A stretch of 64,000 bases of DNA from contig OZ271854.1 of NCBI GenBank assembly GCA_965601925.1, positions 736,001-800,000 of the forward strand, written 5' to 3'. Position numbers and translations under genes: made by a program. How positions within the stretch are numbered: the first letter of the stretch is position 1; each line of letters begins with the position of its first letter. Source of the stretch: Alkalispirochaeta sp. (lineage in GTDB: Bacteria; Spirochaetota; Spirochaetia; DSM-27196; Alkalispirochaetaceae). Of this stretch, positions 29,011 through 37,324 are shown in pieces. The notes under the pieces are model-generated. The model saw only the letters and a list, made by a program, of their open reading frames with translations. It was not told where the DNA came from and did not search any database.

Positions 29011-30123
29011 TTGACTACTACGAGCGGCGAACTACACCTACGAACGATGCGGGACGACGAGGCACAGTCGGTTCGACGGGTGATGAAAAACGCCTTTCCG
29101 TTTCTCCTGCGACTCTTCTTCACCATTACGAAGGAGACGTTTGTCGCCGAGCAAGACGGCGCGCTTCTGGGCGGGGTGGTTACCAAAACATTCAGGATCA
29201 ACCGTGAGAAAAAAGGCGGCCTCATCGCATTCATATTCACGAGCGATGCGGCTCGCGGTCGAGGCCTCGGCCAAAAGCTTCTGGATCACGCGCTCACATA
29301 CTTAGCGGAACGGGGGTGTGATGAGGTATTCGCGTCGGTCGAAGGCACCAATACAAGCTCGAGTAAGATGTTTTTGACCCGAGGATTCGCGCTCGCCTCC
29401 GGCGGCCGTCTGATCACGCGGTACGGATTCAATATCTTCAGAATACTGTTTTGTACGTCCCATACGATCGATGTGGGCCATTTTCTCTGGATAAAACCGC
29501 TGGAGAACTATCGGGAGCGGCCCACGATGCAATGGATCGCGAACGTGCTGCTCAACACGCTGTTCTGGACGGCGGCGTATGCGATGCGACAAGGCTCGGC
29601 TCTCGAGGATGTGCCGCGCAGTGCGCTGTCGATCTTCATATCCATGGTTCTTCTTTTTGGGGTGCGCGATCTATCGACGATCGCCGGGTCGAAGCTCTTC
29701 GGTATTCCCATGCAGTACCGGTTGTGGGAAACGAGTCTGTTACTGAACGCCGCCATCTCGCTCGTGTTTCGGGGCTCTTTTATCTCCACGGGATCGTTCT
29801 ATCCGATACGCAAAGATTGGCGCTACAAGGACGAGTACGCCCGCCTCGGCACGATCGCCTATACTTCGTCCCTTGTGATGCTTGCAACCCTCTACGGCGC
29901 GTTTTTTCTGCAATACCTCCTCGTGTTACCGCCACTAATGTCGGCAGCGGTAGCGATGCTTCTCTTTGTCGGTACGGTGTTCACCATATTCGATATTCTC
30001 GTGCCGATATTCCCGCTCTATTCCGGTAACGGTGGGCGCGTGTACCATTGGAGCAAACCGTTATGGGTGACGATCGCCCTCCCGGGTGTCGGATTGATCC
30101 TCATGCGAGCGTTGCTACTCTGA
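29011..30123 (+). CDS. GNAT acetyltransferase fused to a multi-TM domain
   Basis: ARGRGLGQKLL acetyl-CoA motif, N..S.KMF..RGF; hydrophobic C-terminal half. Confidence 0.8.
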   Translation: MTTTSGELHLRTMRDDEAQSVRRVMKNAFPFLLRLFFTITKETFVAEQDGALLGGVVTKTFRINREKKGGLIAFIFTSDAARGRGLGQKLLDHALTYLAERGCDEVFASVEGTNTSSSKMFLTRGFALASGGRLITRYGFNIFRILFCTSHTIDVGHFLWIKPLENYRERPTMQWIANVLLNTLFWTAAYAMRQGSALEDVPRSALSIFISMVLLFGVRDLSTIAGSKLFGIPMQYRLWETSLLLNAAISLVFRGSFISTGSFYPIRKDWRYKDEYARLGTIAYTSSLVMLATLYGAFFLQYLLVLPPLMSAAVAMLLFVGTVFTIFDILVPIFPLYSGNGGRVYHWSKPLWVTIALPGVGLILMRALLL

Positions 30124-30403
30124 AAGCGAGACCGGCGTGCCGCTCACTACACGCCGTGAATCGTGCGTTCGCGGCATCTCGATCGATGAAGAGAGTGCGG
30201 CATCTTGACCGTCGCGATCGCAGAGCGTATTTTTAGAACGATCGGTAACTAAATCCGCACCTCGACAATGGCGGCTCTACGGGAAGTCACGGCGTGGAAC
30301 TACGAGTGCCGGAGTCGGCAACGGGCACCGCAGCCGAGCCGACCGCCGGAATCGGCGGCATACTTCGAGCGAGGCGGCGGGTAGTACAGGGGGTAACGAC
30401 GAT

Positions 30404-30958
30404 ATGGCGGAGTTTCAATCGTACTGCGACGCGGTGCGTAATGTAGACGAGGGCGACGTACACCGCATTTACCACGATACCGAATACGGATTTCCCCTGG
30501 AATCCGACGACGCCTTATTCGGCCGACTCATCCTGGAGATCAACCAGGCGGGACTATCGTGGACGACGATCCTCAACAAGAAAGAGCAGTTTGAGCGGGC
30601 GTATGCCGGCTTCGATATCCGGAGGATCGCGACGTTTGACGACGTGGATCGAGAGCGGCTGTTGAGCGATGCGGGTATCATACGCAACAAGCTCAAGGTC
30701 GACGCGGCGATTTACAACGCCCAGAGGGTCGTGGAGCTGCAGCGGGAATACGGCTCCTTTAAGCAGTGGCTCGACCACCACTTTCCCAAAACGAGAGAGG
30801 AATGGGTAAAACTGTTCAAGAAGACCTTCAAGTTTACCGGGGGCGAGATAACCAACGAGTTTCTGGTGAGTACCGGCTACCTCCCGGGCGCTCACGAGCC
30901 GTCGTGCCCGATCTGGAATCGAGTGCTTCGCGAACGGCCGCGGTGGTATGTCAGTTGA
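30404..30958 (+). CDS. tag: DNA-3-methyladenine glycosylase I
   Basis: YHDTEYG, LEINQAGLSWTTIL, GIIRNKLK, FKFTG, H..SC zinc ligands. Confidence 0.93.
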   Translation: MAEFQSYCDAVRNVDEGDVHRIYHDTEYGFPLESDDALFGRLILEINQAGLSWTTILNKKEQFERAYAGFDIRRIATFDDVDRERLLSDAGIIRNKLKVDAAIYNAQRVVELQREYGSFKQWLDHHFPKTREEWVKLFKKTFKFTGGEITNEFLVSTGYLPGAHEPSCPIWNRVLRERPRWYVS

Positions 30959-31012
30959 CGATCGACCGCACGGTGGCGGTTCATTCGGACCGGGGTGCGT
31001 TACGGCGCCGGT

Positions 31013-31603
31013 CTACACGCCGAGGCTCATGAACGCCCCGACCGCGTGCTCGGCGATCGCAACCAGATCGGCTGGGCGCGGAAGGGGATCGATACCGAGG
31101 AGAATGCGCATCTCCCGGTCGCCGCGAAGGAGTGAGAAAAACAACTCTGCGCTGCGTTCGGCGTCCGGGACGGCGATGTCGCCGGCATCATTTCGCTCGC
31201 CAAGAAATGCCGCGATTTGACGGATGAGTTCCGCGGGTCCCTCGTCGTAGTATTGCTTTGCAACGTCGGGAAACCGCTGCGACTCCGCGACGACGATTCG
31301 AAATAGATGGAGCGACCTTTTACAGTAGAGCGCGGTAAGGAGCTCCACCCCCAACAGAATGAGCGCTTCGCGCGTATCGTCCGGTGCAACTTCGCGAAAA
31401 CGGGTTAATGAAAAGTCGATCTCATGACGAATTTTCGCCAGCGCCTCGGCAAAAAGGATACGTTTGTCGCGAAAATGCGCGTATACGGTGCTCTTCGAGC
31501 CGCCGACTCTGTCGACGATGGTATCGATCGACGTTCCGTCGTACCCGTGTTGCAAAAACGCCTCTTCGGCGGAATGCAGAATACGCTCGCGTTTAGACGG
31601 CAT
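31013..31603 (-). CDS. TetR/AcrR family regulator
   Basis: FLQHGYDGTSID...GGSKSTVYAHF.DK; ESQRFP C-domain. Confidence 0.9.
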   Translation of the reverse strand: MPSKRERILHSAEEAFLQHGYDGTSIDTIVDRVGGSKSTVYAHFRDKRILFAEALAKIRHEIDFSLTRFREVAPDDTREALILLGVELLTALYCKRSLHLFRIVVAESQRFPDVAKQYYDEGPAELIRQIAAFLGERNDAGDIAVPDAERSAELFFSLLRGDREMRILLGIDPLPRPADLVAIAEHAVGAFMSLGV

Positions 31604-31662
31604 AACGATACCAGTATGACACACCTCGGCGGAAGATACCCGCCGAGGGACGACGAGCTTTG

Positions 31663-32289
31663 TTATTGGGCGAGAAGAAGGCTCACGCTGTTGTCGACGA
31701 TCATCTCCCTCAGCGCCTGCAACTCACGATTGAGCATCCGGTCGAACGCCCGTGTGGTACCGGTCGCGCCGGTAATTCCGTCGATCCGCGCGTTCTCCGC
31801 ATCGTAGTCGCCCGGGCCCCGCGTCTGGACAAAGACGCCGTCCGGGCCGATGCGCTCGCCCCGCAACTGGTCGAGAAAGGGCCGCCCGGTGACGCGACCG
31901 CCGAGTCCAGGGGTCTCATTTTGATCCAGAATCTCCACACCGATGATACGCGTCACGTCGGCGTTGACGCTCACGACCGCGACGATATCGCCCCACACAC
32001 CGGGACCGCTGAACTGCCGCGCAATGATGGGCTCGCCCTCGCCGCTGTACAGATAGAGACCCGGTCCGCCCTCCTCAAGCAGTTCGAGGTCGGCGTAGGC
32101 GGAGAATATCTCCTCGGTGGAATCGGCACCGATACCGATCGCCGACAGCACCGTCGACTTGCGACGTTCTAACTCGTTGCGTTCAACCATATCGATCGTA
32201 GAGGTGTGCGCCGCCGAAAGCAGTATTCCCATCGTAAACGTCACAATGAACGTAAACGCGATGACGTATACCATACCTTCTTTTTTCAT
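31663..32289 (-). CDS. Stand-alone NqrC/RnfG-like FMN-binding protein
   Basis: N-terminal TM, GPGVWGDI, ETPGLGG, flavinylation motif IDGITGAT. Confidence 0.85.
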   Translation of the reverse strand: MKKEGMVYVIAFTFIVTFTMGILLSAAHTSTIDMVERNELERRKSTVLSAIGIGADSTEEIFSAYADLELLEEGGPGLYLYSGEGEPIIARQFSGPGVWGDIVAVVSVNADVTRIIGVEILDQNETPGLGGRVTGRPFLDQLRGERIGPDGVFVQTRGPGDYDAENARIDGITGATGTTRAFDRMLNRELQALREMIVDNSVSLLLAQ

Positions 32290-32317
32290 AAACACCCCCC
32301 ACTCTTTGAATTGCATT

Positions 32318-32336
32318 GTACCGTACCGGACGGTAC
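32318..32336. promoter_or_regulatory. Putative TetR operator
   Basis: GTACCGT-N5-ACGGTAC inverted repeat 28 bp upstream of the FMN-protein/TetR pair. Confidence 0.6.
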
Positions 32337-32408
32337 CGGTGTACTGAATAGTACAATTCATGAGTGGGATGGTCAAGTTTTTTCGTTCCGGGAAAATATA
32401 CTCGTCTT

Positions 32409-32852
32409 TCAGGAGACGAAGATGGAGTAGAGCTCCTCGTTACTCTTCGCTTTGAGCATCCGCTTGCGTATCTTGTTGTCCTTTAAGAGACGGCTCACCT
32501 CGGCCAGAAATTGCACGTGCGGTCCGGTACCGTCGCGGGGAGAGAGCGTCATCACGAATATCTGCGACGGTTTGCGATCCAGGCTGTCGAAGTCGACCTT
32601 TTTTCGCGTCACACCGATGCACGCGACGAGCGCATCGACGGCATCGGTCTTCGCGTGCGGGATGGCGATACCGTGTTCCATGCCGGTAGACGTATTGTTC
32701 TCGTGATCCAATACGTCGGCAAGGGCGGTCTCCGCGTCGGCCAGGCCGCCGTGCTCTACGAGGATCGCGATGAGCGATTCTATGACCGAACGCTTGTCGG
32801 TCCCGGCCAGGTCGGTTGTCACAAGATCGGGTGTCAGTACCTCTCGAAGCAT
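32409..32852 (-). CDS. PTS EIIA (fructose/Ntr-type) domain protein
   Basis: STGMEHGIAIPHAK phospho-His motif, DFDSLD, H.QFLA; TTGACC-18-TACGCT promoter 7 nt before ATG. Confidence 0.9.
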   Translation of the reverse strand: MLREVLTPDLVTTDLAGTDKRSVIESLIAILVEHGGLADAETALADVLDHENNTSTGMEHGIAIPHAKTDAVDALVACIGVTRKKVDFDSLDRKPSQIFVMTLSPRDGTGPHVQFLAEVSRLLKDNKIRKRMLKAKSNEELYSIFVS

Positions 32853-32929
32853 GTCAAACAGCGTAGTGGGAAGCGCATCATACGGTCAAGATTGGCCGCA
32901 CCGGCAAATAGAGCGTATATTCAGGTGAA

Positions 32930-33424
32930 ATGGTAGCGTCGGCATTTCGATATGTGCGCAACGTGGTAGTGCTAACCGCGGTATGGGTCGTACTCAATGA
33001 GCGGCTCACACCCTCGATTCTCCTTGCCGGCGTCGTCGTTTCTGCAATAGCGCTTTTAACGACGAATCGCCTCATTCTCAAGGGAAGCTATCGACGGCAG
33101 TACCCATTTCGTCTCCGCAGCGCCGCGATGTACGTCGTACGTCTCGTCGTCGCGATCTACGTCGCCGGTTTTCACGCCGTGCGTCACATGATGACCGGCA
33201 ACGTAAGCGTGCGCGTCGTGGACGTTACGACGGACTTGGCAAACGATTTCGCCGTCTCGTTGTTGGCGAACTCGATCACCCTCACGCCGGGTACCGTTAC
33301 GTTGGATCGCGAAGGACAGTGCCTACGCGTACTGTGGCTCACCACCGAGGTGCCGGATCAAGAAGAGACCAACGCCCAGGTAAAGGGTCAGTTCGAGCCC
33401 CTTCTCCGAGAGGTGACGCGATGA
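32930..33424 (+). CDS. mrpE: Na+/H+ antiporter subunit E
   Basis: LLANSITLTPGTVT motif. Confidence 0.9.
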   Translation: MVASAFRYVRNVVVLTAVWVVLNERLTPSILLAGVVVSAIALLTTNRLILKGSYRRQYPFRLRSAAMYVVRLVVAIYVAGFHAVRHMMTGNVSVRVVDVTTDLANDFAVSLLANSITLTPGTVTLDREGQCLRVLWLTTEVPDQEETNAQVKGQFEPLLREVTR

Positions 33425-33681
33425 CGTTTCTCCAGGCGAGTCTGATCGCCATCTTTCTCCTCTCCGTCGGCGGCATCCTCAGGATACTCATCGGACCGAC
33501 GGTGTGGGACCGACTCCTCGGCATGAGCTTGATCTCCTCGAAGATTATCGTCGCGATCGTAGTCGCCTCGGTTATCACCGATCGGTCGTTTCTGATGGAT
33601 ATCGCAATCATCTACAGCCTTCTCGGATTTCTGTCGAGCGTGCTTATCGCGCGCTTCATAGAGCGAAAGGGCGAGTCGTGA
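33421..33681 (+). CDS. mrpF: Na+/H+ antiporter subunit F
   Basis: GPTVWDR, DIAIIYSLLGF; ATGA overlap. Confidence 0.88.
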   Translation: MTFLQASLIAIFLLSVGGILRILIGPTVWDRLLGMSLISSKIIVAIVVASVITDRSFLMDIAIIYSLLGFLSSVLIARFIERKGES

Positions 33682-33989
33682 TCGTAGCACTCGGCAGAGC
33701 GTTAGTCCTGCTCGGACTTCTGTTTGTCGCCGCGGGCGTGTACAGCGTGTTGCGCTATCGCGAGTTCTACTCCCGCATCGTCATTACGGCCAAGGTCGAT
33801 ACGGTCGGCTTCATCACCCTCATGGTGGGGCTAATGCTTCTGGAAGGCGCGACGTTCGCCTCCTTGAAGGTGCTTATCATCATCGTGTTCGAGATGCTCA
33901 CCTCGCCGTTATCGACACACGCGATCGCCCATTCGGCGTACGCCGCCGGATATCGCATCGAACGCGAAGAGGATCGCGATGGGCGTTGA
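33678..33989 (+). CDS. mrpG: Na+/H+ antiporter subunit G
   Basis: FYSR, K.DT.G, LTSPLSTHAIAHSAY; GTGA overlap. Confidence 0.88.
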   Translation: MIVALGRALVLLGLLFVAAGVYSVLRYREFYSRIVITAKVDTVGFITLMVGLMLLEGATFASLKVLIIIVFEMLTSPLSTHAIAHSAYAAGYRIEREEDRDGR

Positions 33990-34533
33990 CGCGATTCTCC
34001 TGTTACTGGTCGTGGTACTGGCGGCCGCGACGATCTGGACCCGCATCTTGCGTCACGCGATCGTGTTCGTCGGCGTATTTTCTCTGATCATTTCGTACCT
34101 GTATCTCTACTATGGAGCCCCGGACGTCGCAATCGCCGAGGCGGTAATCGGGAGCGGGTTGGTGATGCTCCTCTATCTGACGGCGATCAAGCGCTATCGC
34201 ACGTACACCGTGTGCGTCGTGGACGAGACGGTCGACCGCATCGAGGACGCGACGATCTACGACCTGTCGGTGTCGCGGCAAGGTCGGGTACTGGAGGAGA
34301 TCGAACGCTTCTGTCTCTCCCGTGAACTCGAACCGCAGATCGTCTTCACCCCCGAGACGGTGGAGTCGGTACAGCAGGACGGGCGCTACGACCTCATCGT
34401 CCGTCGCGAGGCCGATGACGTAACCGTGATGGGTCGTAACGATAACTTCCTGGTGGACGAGCTCGAAATGCTGTTCATTCTCCATTCTCAAGAGCTCTCG
34501 TGTTCCTTCGTGCGATTTGGAGAGGAACCGTGA
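33979..34533 (+). CDS. DUF4040 (MrpA C-terminal/MbhD-like) subunit with soluble C-terminal extension
   Basis: APDVAIAEAVIG motif in 3-TM N-part, then about 110 acidic soluble residues. Confidence 0.8.
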   Translation: MGVDAILLLLVVVLAAATIWTRILRHAIVFVGVFSLIISYLYLYYGAPDVAIAEAVIGSGLVMLLYLTAIKRYRTYTVCVVDETVDRIEDATIYDLSVSRQGRVLEEIERFCLSRELEPQIVFTPETVESVQQDGRYDLIVRREADDVTVMGRNDNFLVDELEMLFILHSQELSCSFVRFGEEP

Positions 34534-34817
34534 TTCGATCGATTCTCGTTTCGTTGCTTGTGACGACGGCCTTTGCCGGCGTCATGTACCTCAGCATCGC
34601 TCACCCCGACACGGTCAATACCGGAGAGGTGACGCGCTACTTCGTGGAGAACTACGAGGACGATACCGGAGCGCGCAATGCGGTGGCGGCGATCTATCTG
34701 AACTACCGCGTCTACGACACGCTGTTCGAGGCGCTGCTCCTGCTGATCGCGATCGTCGGTATCGTACACTTCTTCAAGATCGGAGCGCCAAACATGAAGG
34801 AAAAACGCGATGAATGA
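34530..34817 (+). CDS. MrpB-related small subunit (MbhE-like)
   Basis: TGARNAVAAIYLNYRVYDTLFE motif. Confidence 0.85.
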   Translation: MIRSILVSLLVTTAFAGVMYLSIAHPDTVNTGEVTRYFVENYEDDTGARNAVAAIYLNYRVYDTLFEALLLLIAIVGIVHFFKIGAPNMKEKRDE

Positions 34818-35199
34818 ATCGCATAGCTTCGTATCCACGATGACGGGATTTCTCTATCCGTTCGTAATCGTCTTCGGGTTCTACGTCATTCTGAACGGGC
34901 ACAATACGCCGGGCGGCGGCTTTCAGGGCGGCGCTATTCTGGCCACTCTGTTCATCGGCCGCTTTATCGTTAATCCCCTGAACGATATCGACGCACACCT
35001 CCTCCACGATATCGAGCAGGCACTCTTTTCGCTCATCATCGCGGTGCCGGTCCTCTTTCTCTTCTATCAGGTCAATCGGGCGTATCCGGTGCTCAATGAG
35101 GCGTTTTTGGTGTTGATGAACGTGCTTATCGGAATCAAGGTGTGCCTCGGCCTCACGATCGTAGTGTTTCGGTTCGGCTTCGACGAGGAGTCGCAGTAA
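34810..35199 (+). CDS. mrpB: Na+/H+ antiporter subunit B
   Basis: GHNTPGGGFQGG motif. Confidence 0.9.
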   Translation: MNESHSFVSTMTGFLYPFVIVFGFYVILNGHNTPGGGFQGGAILATLFIGRFIVNPLNDIDAHLLHDIEQALFSLIIAVPVLFLFYQVNRAYPVLNEAFLVLMNVLIGIKVCLGLTIVVFRFGFDEESQ

Positions 35200-35200
35200 G

Positions 35201-35569
35201 ATGAACGTCATATCGTCAATCGGTCGCTACGTCACCGCCCAAAACGTGAGCATCCTCTTGTTTTTCATAGGTGTGCTGGGACTGGTGCTGCAAAAGAACA
35301 TTTTCAAGACGATCATCTCGATCAACATCATGGACGCTGCAGCGATTCTGTATCTCATCACCGTCAATTATATTCCCGGCAGCGTCCCGCCGGTGAGTCC
35401 GCACGGAGCGGGTCCGGTCGCCGATCCTCTGCCCCAGGCGCTGATGATAACGGCAATCGTGATCGGGATTTCGGTGAGCGCGGTCAGTCTGGCGATCTTC
35501 ATCAGTCTCTTTCGACGCTACGGCTCGGCGGATTGGGAGACGGTACTCAAGCGGGCATATAGCAAGTGA
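35201..35569 (+). CDS. mrpC: Na+/H+ antiporter subunit C
   Basis: DPLPQALMITAIVIG motif. Confidence 0.9.
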   Translation: MNVISSIGRYVTAQNVSILLFFIGVLGLVLQKNIFKTIISINIMDAAAILYLITVNYIPGSVPPVSPHGAGPVADPLPQALMITAIVIGISVSAVSLAIFISLFRRYGSADWETVLKRAYSK

Positions 35570-37176
35570 CGCTGTTATGGATACCGGTCCTCGCGCCCAT
35601 ACTCGTGGCGGCGGTCGGATACTACCTCCCTAGACGCGTGTTGCGCTACGTGCAGCTGGCGTTTCAACTCATTCAGGTGTCCTTGGTGACGCGTCTGGTG
35701 ATTGCGGTGCGCACGAGCGGGCCGCTCAGGACGGTGCTGGGGCTGTGGCCGGACGGAATCGGTGTCTCTCTGGAGGCCGACATCGTCGCGGCGGTCTTGG
35801 TAGCGCTCGTCGGATGGTTGTATCTCTTTCTATTGCTCTTCAACCACCGCAAGCTATACATGAATCGTCTCTTTCAGTTTCTTTTGGGTGCGTTGCAGGG
35901 ATTGCTGATCGCCATCTTCGTCTCCGGCGATCTATTCAATATCTACGTGCTGCTCGAGCTGTCCACGCTCGTGATCAGCATTCTGATCATGTACAAACGC
36001 GACAAGCAGGCGATTTACAACGGGATGGTCTACGTGATGATCAACCTGGCGTCGATGTCGTTCATGCTTCTGGGCGTGGGCATGGTGTATCGCGTCTTCG
36101 GGACGCTCGATCTTTCGCTCATCGCCGACGGAGTGCGCCGCGCAGGTGATCTGCGGGCACTGATCATACCCTACACCCTCGTGATGACCGCCGTGGGAGT
36201 GAAGTCGGCGTTGTTTCTGCTCTTTGCCTGGTTGCCCCCAGCACACGGTGCGCCGAGTGCACCGTCGATCGTGTCGGCAATTCTGTCCGGTCTCCAGGTG
36301 AAAGCGGGTGTATATCTCTTCATTCGGCTCCAGGCGATGTTCGCGCCTGCATTCTCCAACGAGACGTACTTTCTCATCATAGGGGTTCTCACCTCGGTTA
36401 CCGGCTTTTTGTTCGCAATCGCCCAGAAGGATATTAAGCTCATTCTCGCGTATCATACGGTGTCGCAGGTGGGCCTGATCATCGTGGGGTTGAGTGCGGG
36501 TACCAGCGAGGCGTGGTGGGGCGGTGTGTACCACATCGTCAACCATGCGTTATTCAAGGGACTCCTCTTCCTTACCGCCGGCCTCATCACCCACGTCTAC
36601 AAGACGCGCAACGTCGCAGAGATTCGCGGTGTCTTCCGGCGCATGCCGCTGGTCACTTCGGCGGCGATCGCCGGTGTGCTCGGCATAACCGGCGCGCCGT
36701 ACTTCAACGGTAGCGTCAGCAAGTACCTGATTCAATCGGGGTGGAGAATGTCCGCGGGCGAGATTGCGATTCACGTGATCAATCTGGGAACGGCGATCTC
36801 ATTCACAAAGTTTTCCACGATCTTCTTCGGTAAGCCGCCTGAGGCGGTACGTGCTCGTCGACGCCAACCCGACCCGTTCACTACGACCGTTGCGTTGATA
36901 ATGGGCGGCGCATGTTTGGCGGGAGGCGTCGCGGCCGCGCCGATTTTGCGCGCGTTGTTCGGTACGAACATGAGCGTCGACGGCGCCTACTACGCCGAGA
37001 AGACGCTCTTCTTTGCCGCGACGGTCGCTATTGCGGTAGCGACGTACGTGCTGGTCGTCAAACGCACCACATTATTCGATTCCATACGGCGTATGCACTT
37101 TGCATTCAACGATATCGTGGCGGGAGTATTGGTGTTCTTCGTCGCCACCGCAGCGTATCTGTACTTCACCGTGTGA
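35566..37176 (+). CDS. mrpD: Na+/H+ antiporter subunit D, copy 1
   Basis: DLFNIYVLLE, KSALF..WLP.AH, SGLQVK, HALFK, FNGSVSK. Confidence 0.9.
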   Translation: MTLLWIPVLAPILVAAVGYYLPRRVLRYVQLAFQLIQVSLVTRLVIAVRTSGPLRTVLGLWPDGIGVSLEADIVAAVLVALVGWLYLFLLLFNHRKLYMNRLFQFLLGALQGLLIAIFVSGDLFNIYVLLELSTLVISILIMYKRDKQAIYNGMVYVMINLASMSFMLLGVGMVYRVFGTLDLSLIADGVRRAGDLRALIIPYTLVMTAVGVKSALFLLFAWLPPAHGAPSAPSIVSAILSGLQVKAGVYLFIRLQAMFAPAFSNETYFLIIGVLTSVTGFLFAIAQKDIKLILAYHTVSQVGLIIVGLSAGTSEAWWGGVYHIVNHALFKGLLFLTAGLITHVYKTRNVAEIRGVFRRMPLVTSAAIAGVLGITGAPYFNGSVSKYLIQSGWRMSAGEIAIHVINLGTAISFTKFSTIFFGKPPEAVRARRRQPDPFTTTVALIMGGACLAGGVAAAPILRALFGTNMSVDGAYYAEKTLFFAATVAIAVATYVLVVKRTTLFDSIRRMHFAFNDIVAGVLVFFVATAAYLYFTV

Positions 37177-37324
37177 GGCGCCGGTGTGCCGCGAAAAGGG
37201 GCCGCGGTATGTCGATGAGCTCCGTTTTTCGCTATCTTTGTAGGATGAAACGCACCGTGCCGGCTCCTCCGTATGCACCGCAACGTCGCTACTCGACAGT
37301 GCGCCGACGGACGCGTAAACGCCG

